This document shows positions 8,190-16,488 of a stretch of 64,000 nt of DNA, in pieces. Numbering within the stretch: the first letter of the stretch is position 1; each line of letters opens with the position of its first letter. The DNA comes from a virus (Duplodnaviria > Caudoviricetes): IMG/VR virus record IMGVR_UViG_3300028410_000746. One strand, 5' to 3'. A model generated the notes under the pieces. The model made no database searches, was not told where the DNA came from, and saw only the letters and a list, made by a program, of their open reading frames with translations. The translations under genes and the position numbers were made by a program.

Positions 8190-8228
8190 CCCTGTGGTAT
8201 ACCCCTGTGGTATACCCCTGTGGTACAC
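8190..8228. repeat. 3 x 13-bp tandem repeat CCCTGTGGTA(T/C)AC
   Basis: Units 8190-8202, 8203-8215, 8216-8228; contains GGTATACC palindromes. Confidence 0.9.
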
Positions 8229-8248
8229 CTCTCCGACTCATGAGAAGG

Positions 8249-8277
8249 ACCCTACCTCAAGAGAAGGGGGACGTCAA
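8249..8277 (-). promoter_or_regulatory. sigma70-like promoter driving the mini-CRISPR unit
   Basis: TTGACG-N17-TAGGGT pointing toward the leader and array. Confidence 0.55.
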
Positions 8278-8304
8278 GCCTCTGTTGCCAAAAACTCTCC
8301 CAGG

Positions 8305-8329
8305 CGCAGGCGGACGACGCCCGCCTGCG
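8305..8329 (-). terminator. probable terminator after the split neck gene
   Basis: 9-bp stem CGCAGGCGG/CCGCCTGCG; T-run a few nt downstream. Confidence 0.4.
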
Positions 8330-8353
8330 TCTGGATCTCACCCTCCCACAGGG

Positions 8354-9001
8354 TCAGATTCCCATGAATTTACGGGGGGTTAGCGTACCGTTACCTGTAA
8401 TCGGACCAAAACTCGACCTCACGCCCAGGCCATAGCGGCTCTGTTTCAGGCCACGCATGTACTTGACCGTACGAGCCTTGCCGTCGGTCATCATCTTCTC
8501 GAACTGCTGCTCGGCGTTGCCCTTCAAGGACTCGTACTTGGAACTGCGCTCGATGTCCAGATTGATACCGCCAATGGAGTACGAGTTATGCGCCAGGATG
8601 CCGTTGGTGAGTACGAAGTTCTCATCTCCAGGCACACTCAAGTCATAGGTGTATACACGAGCAAGGGCTTCCGTGTGCGCCGTCAAACGAGATCCCGAAG
8701 CCTGAGAAGAACCCTCCACACATACCGCCAAGGCATCCCCTACCTTGAGATCCTGAGCCAAAGCTTCACGTACCGCCCCATCTGGCCGGTACTCAAAGAC
8801 CGAGTGATCCCCCGTACACGTCACAACCCTGCCCTGCGCATCCTCCAGCCGCACCATCGGCTTGTGTGGTGTATGGTGACGCATCACATCAGAGACCCGA
8901 GACCAACGTACACGCCCCGTAGAAGTCTCGACGCTACGAACCTCCAAAGAACCCTCTCGCAAGGCGTTCAGGAGCCACTCTCGCTCATTATCGCTCAACA
9001 T
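8354..9001 (-). CDS. split intein C-fragment (139 aa) plus C-extein (76 aa) of a putative neck protein
   Basis: Block B TCTGDH, block F YDLSVPGDENF, block G LAHN followed by Ser+1 (codon 8582-8584); extein SYSIGGINLDIERSSKY... Confidence 0.85.
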   Translation of the reverse strand: MLSDNEREWLLNALREGSLEVRSVETSTGRVRWSRVSDVMRHHTPHKPMVRLEDAQGRVVTCTGDHSVFEYRPDGAVREALAQDLKVGDALAVCVEGSSQASGSRLTAHTEALARVYTYDLSVPGDENFVLTNGILAHNSYSIGGINLDIERSSKYESLKGNAEQQFEKMMTDGKARTVKYMRGLKQSRYGLGVRSSFGPITGNGTLTPRKFMGI

Positions 9002-9939
9002 ACCTGCACCTTATTGAAGAATCGTATAGCCCGGTCCAAACACCCGTCGTAATCGCGCTGCAACTCATGCTCCCACAGCACCAACACCTCCCAACCACCT
9101 CGCGCAAGGTACGCCAACTTGGCGAGGTCTCTTCTGCGATTGGAGGGAGGCCCCTCCAGACCACATAACAAACAGGAGTGCCAGTATCAGCCATGTATCT
9201 CCAACACCTTGCGCATCTCCGGCTGCACCTCATCACAGGTGTAGTACCCAATAGCGTACTCCGTCTCCAAGTCCTGCACCCCATTGCGAACCAATGCCGC
9301 CTTAAAGTTCAGATGAAGCTGTGAGGTGGCCTGAATAAACGTGCGCGCGTGCGCGGCTGACTGTCGAGACTGCTCCGGGTGTGACGCATGCCAGGACAAG
9401 ACAGCCTCGCGCAAATCACCGCCCTCCTGCCACCGCTCCAGGGATTGAGCGGATACGGCCTGCCGCCGCCCCTCCGTCTGGTTCAATGCGATGAACTCAG
9501 CCCTGCGCGTACCCTCTTGCATCCGCTCCCGCGAAGTCTGAGCAATCCGCAGGCGAGTGTGTACCCCTTCAGGAGACTGAAAATGCTCTAACATGGCCCG
9601 TGACTGGTGAGCCTTCTGTTCTGGGCTCTTCCGTCGACGTACAGTAGTCGTAGCACACGCCAGAGGCGCTTTCGGGTACTTCGTACGATACCCGTCCAAA
9701 TCAAGCGAGGCGCATGCCTGCAAGTGTAGGGATGTAATCGCAGCCACCCAGGCCCCACAACAACGACACACTACGTAATGCGTACCCTCCACCAACGCGT
9801 CTAGCGACGCCACAGACACACACGTTCGGCGCCCGGCCTTACGCGCTTGAACGTCACCGCTCTCGATCAAGGTAACCAAATGCCGTGCGTTCAGTCCATG
9901 CCTGAGTTGCGCCTGTCGTTTTGATATCCACTCACTCAT
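8995..9939 (-). pseudogene. Vsr-like homing endonuclease with an in-frame TGA at 9187-9189 (nonsense, readthrough or Sec)
   Basis: ATG 9939 overlaps the IntN stop; HTH, CxxC Zn finger, then ETEY..CDE..VLEIHG*YWHSC..RRDLAKLAYLARGGWEVLVLWEHE; the frame continues 64 codons to a TGA overlapping the ATG of IntC. Confidence 0.75.
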
Positions 9940-10702
9940 GAGCCTCAGCTTCCACCTGGAGGGCATACAGCTCTTCCATCGACACCTGAATCTCCTGCCC
10001 TCCAGACACACGTACCGTAACCAAGGTCTCCCCGGCAAGCGAGAATTCGTCCGCAACCCAATTGAACGTGAGCGCCATCGCAGCCTGAGCCATGGCCCCC
10101 GTGATGATCCACACGATCCAATTTCGCTGAGCGGACACCATCATGTCCATGCTCAGGTAACCCGTAGCCGGGGGGTAGGAGTTGATGAGCATGGTCGCCT
10201 GATCCATGTACTCAAGCAGCTCCTCGTCCTCCCAGATGTAGGCGAACACGCGATTGAACTGGTTCACGGTCCCCGACGAGGTGGGAGGCCTGAAGTGGTA
10301 GTTGCGGTCAGGGTTGTTGTCCCTCAAACGGATGCGGATGCGGCGGATCATATCGAGCTGCGTCGCCGTGTAACGCGTCGTCAGGAGCTGGGAGGGTTCC
10401 ACGATCTGGAACTCTTGAAGGAGCGTGTTCTCAGGATCACCCGACAGCTCCACGAGGGTCCAACGAATACGATAGAGACCGAACGCTACGAACTCGGGCA
10501 CCTGGAAGTGGGCGTAGTATTGACCCACGCCCACGCGCACGGGCACGTGAGCCGGAGGTCCAATGAGGACCTCGCTGCCCGTCGTGACGTCGTAGAGCGC
10601 GTATGTGATGGAGAACGGGTCGACAGGCACGTCCAAGCTGTCCAGAACCTCGATGGCGAGGTCCGTAGGCGTCGTGATAGACCCTCGTGTCAGCTCAAGC
10701 AT
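9932..10702 (-). CDS. N-extein (220 aa) of a putative neck/head-tail protein plus split intein N-fragment (36 aa)
   Basis: ...FNWVADEF|SLAGETLVTVRVSGGQEIQVSMEELY: intein block A starting with Ser at 10042; joined exteins read ADEF-SYSIGG. Confidence 0.8.
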   Translation of the reverse strand: MLELTRGSITTPTDLAIEVLDSLDVPVDPFSITYALYDVTTGSEVLIGPPAHVPVRVGVGQYYAHFQVPEFVAFGLYRIRWTLVELSGDPENTLLQEFQIVEPSQLLTTRYTATQLDMIRRIRIRLRDNNPDRNYHFRPPTSSGTVNQFNRVFAYIWEDEELLEYMDQATMLINSYPPATGYLSMDMMVSAQRNWIVWIITGAMAQAAMALTFNWVADEFSLAGETLVTVRVSGGQEIQVSMEELYALQVEAEAHE

Positions 10703-10726
10703 GCGAACTCCGGGAAAGAAGGGGAA

Positions 10727-10747
10727 GCCGCCCCCACGGGAGGCGGC
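10727..10747 (-). terminator. possible terminator
   Basis: GCCGCCTCC-CGT-GGGGGCGGC stem followed by TTCCCCTTCTTT. Confidence 0.4.
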
Positions 10748-10761
10748 CCCTCGCGCGGCAC

Positions 10762-11925
10762 TCAGAAGTGCTCACGGAGGAAGTTGGAGAACGTCCACGC
10801 GACCTCTTCAAGATCGGACGGAAGGTCCTCCAGCATACGATAATGTGTACGGTCTTCGAGGCCTTCCACGAGGCTCTCAGCCGTGGAAGCGAGGTCCTCA
10901 CTCATCTTGACAACCTTGGCCAAAGACGACTTGGAGAGGGCGGAGTAGGCTCCGCGACGGAGAAGGTCGAGCCCTCGCATGAGGTCCTTGACGCCATCGA
11001 CATCACGCTCAAGCTTCTTGAGGTCCCGGCCATAAGCCTTCAAGATCCGGACCAAGGTGCCCTCGACGACATCCTCGTACGCGCCCTGAATGCGGGACTC
11101 CTTCTCAGCCTCTACCGATGCCGAGAAGTCGTTCTGCATCAAGGTCTGGATTCGATCGAAGGCGCGCTTGACCTCGGCAGTCTTGGCGACCGCCTTGAGA
11201 GCCTTGGAGGGGTCCGAGAACATGGGGCTGAACTCGCGCGGAGTGCCTCCATCACCGGAACACTCCATGTAGACCTCATAGGAGTACGTGCCCATCTTCT
11301 CCAGCATCTCCTCGACGAAGAGCGGAGCGGACGCGTCCATGTCAACGACGTCAGCCGGCTTGGGAGTCACAGGCACGAGGTCCAGCTCAGGAGCAGCCTG
11401 ATCACGAGGGTTGAGGAGAGCGTCTTCCAGGCCTCGCTGGTTCTGACGCAGGCTCTCAGCGCGATCACGCTGGGCCTGCTGATCCTGCTTCGTGACGAAC
11501 GGATGCCCCTTGAGGTAATAATTGTCCCATGCCACCATGTCCGCATTGGCAGGATCGAGAGCCATCTCACGGAGCACGAGCTGCACGCGGTTGGCGAAAT
11601 CCTGGAAGGCCTGAAGCGTGCTCCGGCTCACGTCCCCCGTGAACCCCTTGCGGTACTCGTCCGGGAAGTTGTTCTGGAACTCCAGGTCGAGGAGACCTTC
11701 CACAAGCTGCCCACTGAGGCCGGGCCCCATATCCCCACGCACGTCTGCGCTGTACGCCACACGAAGCGCTCCGTACGCGCTAGCGTGCAGCCTTCGACGC
11801 TGGGCCGAACGAGTAAGCACCTCCTGACGAGTCACCGTCAGGGAGGCGATCACCGGCTTGAGGTGTGCACGCAGCTTCGGAGTTGAGCTGCCAATGCGAA
11901 TGAGACGTTGCTTTAGAGTGCGCAT
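10762..11925 (-). CDS. leader-tagged putative virion protein
   Basis: Starts MRTLKQRLIRIGSSTPKLRAHLKPVIASL; 387 aa, helical. Confidence 0.75.
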   Translation of the reverse strand: MRTLKQRLIRIGSSTPKLRAHLKPVIASLTVTRQEVLTRSAQRRRLHASAYGALRVAYSADVRGDMGPGLSGQLVEGLLDLEFQNNFPDEYRKGFTGDVSRSTLQAFQDFANRVQLVLREMALDPANADMVAWDNYYLKGHPFVTKQDQQAQRDRAESLRQNQRGLEDALLNPRDQAAPELDLVPVTPKPADVVDMDASAPLFVEEMLEKMGTYSYEVYMECSGDGGTPREFSPMFSDPSKALKAVAKTAEVKRAFDRIQTLMQNDFSASVEAEKESRIQGAYEDVVEGTLVRILKAYGRDLKKLERDVDGVKDLMRGLDLLRRGAYSALSKSSLAKVVKMSEDLASTAESLVEGLEDRTHYRMLEDLPSDLEEVAWTFSNFLREHF

Positions 11926-11937
11926 GTGGGAAATCCT

Positions 11938-12177
11938 TTAGGCTGCGTGACAAAGACGTTTGAGTGTCCGGACTTCGTTGGTCAGCGTCAGTGCGCTGAC
12001 CTGTGCTCGGCCCGAAAAGTAGTCGTTCTTTCGCTCCCGCATATCGCCCTGGTTCGCGAAAACGAAGTAGGTCTTGGACCCCTGACGTACCGCTTCCATG
12101 AACGGAATATCAATGGCCTTGAGGTACGCAGCGAAGTACAGATCGGAGGTTCGGTAATCAAGCAGGACTGACGACAT
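11938..12177 (-). CDS. small protein resembling DUF5659
   Basis: TSDLYFAAYLKA motif; 79 aa. Confidence 0.5.
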   Translation of the reverse strand: MSSVLLDYRTSDLYFAAYLKAIDIPFMEAVRQGSKTYFVFANQGDMRERKNDYFSGRAQVSALTLTNEVRTLKRLCHAA

Positions 12178-12195
12178 TCCACAACTCCTGGACTA

Positions 12196-12657
12196 TCAGA
12201 TGTAGCGTACGGTCAACTTGGAGCCCACGTACTGACGCACGATGGCCTGAATCTCCTCATCGGACACGACCCCAGACACGGGAGCGAATGCGAAGGACTC
12301 GTCCAGGAACACCTTACCATTGTAGGCCGACACCACCCCGGAGTGTATATCATCAGGAGAGACCCTACGCCCGGAAGCACGAGACAACGCCGTCAAGATG
12401 TTGGCCGCCACGCCTCGCAGCTCCCGGCCACGCACGTTCACGAGCTGGTAATCCACCTCCGCGCCAAAGTCATGACGTATGAGCAATGAGACGCTATAGC
12501 CCCCATCACGTGCCGACAGACTACGAGAGAGCGTCAGGGCCGCCGTCGTCGATCCCTGAGCCTGCTTATGCAGGGAGGCGATCACAGGTTTGAGGTCCGC
12601 ACGAAGTTCAGGCTTGGCGGTCCCCATACGAATCAGTTCGGCTTTGAGATCGGACAT
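12196..12657 (-). CDS. leader-tagged putative virion protein
   Basis: Starts MSDLKAELIRMGTAKPELRADLKPVIASL; GAGGG RBS. Confidence 0.75.
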   Translation of the reverse strand: MSDLKAELIRMGTAKPELRADLKPVIASLHKQAQGSTTAALTLSRSLSARDGGYSVSLLIRHDFGAEVDYQLVNVRGRELRGVAANILTALSRASGRRVSPDDIHSGVVSAYNGKVFLDESFAFAPVSGVVSDEEIQAIVRQYVGSKLTVRYI

Positions 12658-12678
12658 GGGCGTAGCCCTCATAGAAGA

Positions 12679-12763
12679 GCCGCGAGGAACCGCTGCGCAG
12701 TACGAAGGCTGGTCCTTTGCAGGACCGTGGCACTCGCCGTAGTCAGGGCGGCTCCTCAGCGGC
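12679..12763 (-). ncRNA. candidate structured RNA (multibranch, GNRA-capped hairpin) in 5' UTR
   Basis: 15-bp closing stem with one bulge and one G-U on the minus strand; internal GGTCCT-GCAA-AGGACC hairpin. Confidence 0.4.
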
Positions 12764-12798
12764 TTTGTTTTGAAAAACGCATCAGACACCGTAAGGCC

Positions 12799-13245
12799 TC
12801 AGAGCATGAAGAGCGCGTCGCCAGCGTCGGTGAAGACCTTGATCCAACCCGCATCGAGGAGGCCCTTGACCACACCACGATCGAACGAGAGCAGGAACTG
12901 ACCCGTCTCGATGAGCGGGTACGAGATGAGAGCCTGGATGGCCTCAGCCTGGGGAACCGTGGTCGCCGCGATGCCAGTCATGGCGTCTGCGGAGGCCTGA
13001 ATGGTCGCCACCGAAATGTCATCCGCGTCAACGGTCGACAAGATGAACACTGCAAGCTCCGCTGCAACAGCGGTGCCTCCGAGACCCTTGAGGTACTCAG
13101 TGAGGTCTCCCGTCGAGTCGACGGGGTTGATGTAGCGCTCCTGGCCCGTGGGGTAAAGAGTCTGCTCGCGCAACGTCTGCTTCTTGGTCAGGTCATTGAG
13201 CAGCACACGCTCAAAAGGGGTACCGACCACTGCGATCTTAGCCAT
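12799..13245 (-). CDS. putative structural protein
   Basis: 148 aa Ala-rich ORF with AGGAG RBS. Confidence 0.7.
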   Translation of the reverse strand: MAKIAVVGTPFERVLLNDLTKKQTLREQTLYPTGQERYINPVDSTGDLTEYLKGLGGTAVAAELAVFILSTVDADDISVATIQASADAMTGIAATTVPQAEAIQALISYPLIETGQFLLSFDRGVVKGLLDAGWIKVFTDAGDALFML

Positions 13246-13273
13246 GATGTTTCTCCTTGCTCGTTTCCGAGTG

Positions 13274-13621
13274 TCAATCGAGGTGGCCGGTACGCTCTAG
13301 CCGTACCAGCTCTTCTAGAATTTTACTCAGGTGCACGAAGACCGTACCCACCTCCCGAAAGAGCATGGCATGGTCTCGTGTCCTGACGCGCCGTATACGC
13401 TCACTGGACAACCGCAACTCTCGCTGCGACGCTTGGATCGAACCCGCTACGGGCAAGCCCGACACGTCCAGATCCACTACCTCCTCTACCAATTCATCCA
13501 CTACCGCAACTACCAGCACCAACACGTTGAGGTCTAGCAGGCGGCGCGGCTCCCAGTTCAAGCCCTTGAAGCCCGAGGCCTGGGAGGCGAGAACTGATCG
13601 AATACCACGTATGTCCGCCAT
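13274..13621 (-). CDS. hypothetical protein
   Basis: 115 aa ORF filling an operon gap. Confidence 0.55.
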   Translation of the reverse strand: MADIRGIRSVLASQASGFKGLNWEPRRLLDLNVLVLVVAVVDELVEEVVDLDVSGLPVAGSIQASQRELRLSSERIRRVRTRDHAMLFREVGTVFVHLSKILEELVRLERTGHLD

Positions 13622-13632
13622 GCCAGGACCTC

Positions 13633-14247
13633 TCAGATCACCGTGACGGCTGCCGTCGCGGTCTTCGTGTTGGAGGTCACCGTGACCGAAGCCACGTTGT
13701 TTGACTCGTCCGTAGCGAACCCATGAAGAGCTGCCGGGATCGTGATGGCGGTGTCCGTGAAGACGCCACCCCCACCAGTGATCTCAGTAGCCGTCAGGGT
13801 CACCGTCGCCGCGTTCGCGGCAGTGACGATCACCGAAGAAACATCGGGAGCAATCGACAGGAACGCCGTACCCGTGATCTCCACGCGGTAGTCGTCGGTG
13901 CCATCGGTAGCGTCAACCGTATCCTGCTCTGCCGTCGCAACAACCGGAGCCACGAGGGTACCCGTCGCGATGTCGATCACAGTGACGAGACCCCCGGCCT
14001 CAAAGCCTGCGATCACGCCGTGGTCACGGCTCAAGAGAACATCATCCGTAGGGATGAGGTCAATGAAGCCGGGCTGAGTGGTGTCAACGTCGACACCCCC
14101 ACCGTTGAAAGACTTGCGGTTGTACGTCACGTAGACGTCCTGCTTGCTGTAGTCGTCGAAAGGACGACGCGGCGTGCCGTCCTCGATGTCGTTGACGAGC
14201 AAGTCGGCAAGCTGCGACTGCGTATGGACAAGGCGAATGAGCGCCAT
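13633..14247 (-). CDS. putative virion protein with a C-terminal Ig-like (IPT) beta domain
   Basis: VEITGTAF...SVIVT...ITIP...VTVT Thr/Val-rich pattern; AGGAGG RBS. Confidence 0.55.
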   Translation of the reverse strand: MALIRLVHTQSQLADLLVNDIEDGTPRRPFDDYSKQDVYVTYNRKSFNGGGVDVDTTQPGFIDLIPTDDVLLSRDHGVIAGFEAGGLVTVIDIATGTLVAPVVATAEQDTVDATDGTDDYRVEITGTAFLSIAPDVSSVIVTAANAATVTLTATEITGGGGVFTDTAITIPAALHGFATDESNNVASVTVTSNTKTATAAVTVI

Positions 14248-14304
14248 GGAAGCCTCCTGTTCAGAGCGGGTGTGGGGTCACACGTGTATCACACGGATGG
14301 ATAT

Positions 14305-14318
14305 ATCGAAACATTATA
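14305..14318 (-). promoter_or_regulatory. variant of the putative late-promoter motif, TATAATGTTTCGAT
   Basis: 58 nt upstream of ATG 14247. Confidence 0.3.
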
Positions 14319-14338
14319 GACTCCAGCACCTATGCTAC

Positions 14339-15286
14339 TCAGAGCATCCTTTGAGCGTTCAACGTCACCGCGATGTCGACCGTGGTAGCGCCTCCATCCC
14401 CACGGAGCGTGATGGTCGAGATGTTGACCCGGTTGTCTCGAATCGACTCTCCAGCAGCCACGGTAAGCTCGGCCGTACCCGCACCGAAGCTCACCAGCAG
14501 ATCCACCCCACCCGTGTTGGTCATCGTATACGAGCTGATCTGACGAGGAAGCTCCAAAGGCAACGCATCAGCAAGGGTCGCACCAGCCGGAGCAGTACCC
14601 ACCAGGGAGAGCATGGTGTGTGACTCCAGGAGCTGCTTCTCGGTCAACAGGATGTTCGTAGAGGAGGTCTCCCCCGCGAACGGGACCGCACCGAACATCG
14701 GGATGAACTTGAAGAACTGTACATCGGCGTCGATCCGGCCGAAGTCCGCCAAGTCAAAGACCACGCGCGTGTACTTACGCAATTGGTTAGCGTTGATACT
14801 CAAGCCATCCAGAGCCCTGCGATCACGCCCCGGCGTCGGGGAGACGAAACCCCGCACCGAAGAGATCTCCTCAACTGAGGTGAACACCGCATCCCAATTG
14901 TCCGCGAACTGCATATCGAAGTGCGTCGGGCCTTCAGGACGAACACGAATCGCGCCCTCCTCATCCGTGGTATCGACCATGGGGTTAATCTGTCCCCCAA
15001 AATGATCGTGACGCAGGCGGAAGGTAGTCGACGTGGAGCCTGCAAAGGCACTTACGGGTACCGAAGAGGCCTGAATGGCGTTGATGAACTCAGTAACTAC
15101 GGCTGCGGAGCTGTCCGCTCCCGGTACCGGGTCCGCCACCACGAACGTCACACCTGCGACCGTCAAGAGGAAGTCCCCACCGCTGACGGTGCCATCCGCG
15201 ATCGTCACGAGCATCCAGTCGTGGCGAGGGATCAGGACCTCCACCAGACGGTTGTAGCGCCGGAGCGTGTAGCTTTGTAGAGTCAT
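14339..15286 (-). CDS. putative structural protein (beta-rich)
   Basis: 315 aa ORF, GGAG RBS, structural-gene context. Confidence 0.6.
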   Translation of the reverse strand: MTLQSYTLRRYNRLVEVLIPRHDWMLVTIADGTVSGGDFLLTVAGVTFVVADPVPGADSSAAVVTEFINAIQASSVPVSAFAGSTSTTFRLRHDHFGGQINPMVDTTDEEGAIRVRPEGPTHFDMQFADNWDAVFTSVEEISSVRGFVSPTPGRDRRALDGLSINANQLRKYTRVVFDLADFGRIDADVQFFKFIPMFGAVPFAGETSSTNILLTEKQLLESHTMLSLVGTAPAGATLADALPLELPRQISSYTMTNTGGVDLLVSFGAGTAELTVAAGESIRDNRVNISTITLRGDGGATTVDIAVTLNAQRML

Positions 15287-15305
15287 GAGTAGGTCTCCTA
15301 TCGGA

Positions 15306-15695
15306 TCACTTGCGCAAGCGGTCGCGCTTGATCAGTCGGTCGTAGGTCTCGGTGATCTTGCCTGCGTCGCGCGCGGCATCGCGTGCGTCCTCCCAGGTGT
15401 CCGCTACCTCCCCCTCAAAGTTGGGGAGCAGCTCCGGAACCTTGTGGTTGGTGCGCATGCGCTGGCCCATGTACTTCGAGCGGTTCTTCCGGTAGGTCTT
15501 CTCTTTGAAGTTCTTGTCCGCCCACGCATCTCCCGCGAACGAGATCTGCGTTCCCTTCGGATTGAACAGAAAGAACGCCCTCTCGCCACACGCGTCGCAT
15601 GGCACTCCGGAAGCCTTGGCCTCCGGGAACGCCTCAACGGACATGCTGCGCTCGCTGACCTGCTCGCACGTCGAACATTTGAAATCGTACTTCAT
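15306..15695 (-). CDS. FmdB-family zinc-ribbon protein
   Basis: MKYDFKCSTC...PCDACG pattern. Confidence 0.7.
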   Translation of the reverse strand: MKYDFKCSTCEQVSERSMSVEAFPEAKASGVPCDACGERAFFLFNPKGTQISFAGDAWADKNFKEKTYRKNRSKYMGQRMRTNHKVPELLPNFEGEVADTWEDARDAARDAGKITETYDRLIKRDRLRK

Positions 15696-16105
15696 GAATC
15701 CCTCGTTTTAGCGGTATAGAGGCCCGCGACGCGGCGAGCCAGGGTACTGGCCGTGTAGACGCCCCGAAGAGGCGACACGACGCTCTTGGACACGTAGGGA
15801 GCATACTGGTCTCCGATCCGAGCTGCCAGCGCTTCGATCCTCTGCTGACACAACATCATCGTAGCGACCAGCTCCACGGCCTCGCGATTGACTCCCGAAT
15901 GAATCTGCTCGACATCACCGAGGCCATCCTCATCAAGGCCCAGCTCACTCGCGAGCATAGGGAGGTCATTGCACCGGGACATCACGTTCTTGAGCAGATC
16001 CGTGGTCGCCTTGTACTGAGACGCGCACAGATCAAGGGACTGACGCATCTCCCGAGCCTTGTTGGCAAACGTCGAGATGGTGCCGGCTTTACGTGTATCA
16101 GACAT
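15692..16105 (-). CDS. helical hypothetical protein with a C-terminal RRVAGLY motif
   Basis: GAGGAG RBS; ATGA coupling to the next gene. Confidence 0.65.
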   Translation of the reverse strand: MSDTRKAGTISTFANKAREMRQSLDLCASQYKATTDLLKNVMSRCNDLPMLASELGLDEDGLGDVEQIHSGVNREAVELVATMMLCQQRIEALAARIGDQYAPYVSKSVVSPLRGVYTASTLARRVAGLYTAKTRDS

Positions 16106-16107
16106 GA

Positions 16108-16488
16108 TCACTCCTCAAGCTGAGACAAGACCGCTGCGGCGTGCTTACACACCCGATGGCGGCCTTCCGGGTCTCGCGTGGTTGGACGTACTGCGGTACC
16201 TCTTGGAGATCCCAGGAGGTAGCCCTCACGAGACGCGTGGTACTCAGGACCCTGGTAAACCCAGAAGTCACAGGAGCACGACAGGCGGACGTTGGACTCC
16301 CCCCTCTCCAGACGTACATCATACTCACCAACACGCCAGGACCCCTCTCTCACGAGACGAGGACGCAGCGAGCGCGAACGCTCCAGGAGAGACCTGTCCA
16401 ATCCCTGGAGGATCTCCCCCCGACTCGCACCAAGGCGCGTGCTATGTATACGAGCTACCCGGAGGGCGAGGCTCTCCAGCGTGCTCAT
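16108..16488 (-). CDS. SWIM zinc-finger protein
   Basis: LSCSC...VCKH motif. Confidence 0.7.
   Translation of the reverse strand: MSTLESLALRVARIHSTRLGASRGEILQGLDRSLLERSRSLRPRLVREGSWRVGEYDVRLERGESNVRLSCSCDFWVYQGPEYHASREGYLLGSPRGTAVRPTTRDPEGRHRVCKHAAAVLSQLEE

Noticed and set aside
9187-9189. Genome-wide TGA reassignment (alternative genetic code)
   Set aside because: TGA ends many genes with tight stop/start coupling elsewhere; only this one site is anomalous
12740-12747. Hammerhead ribozyme core in the structured RNA
   Set aside because: The sequence is CTGACTA rather than CUGANGA, and no matching GAAA/UH arrangement is present
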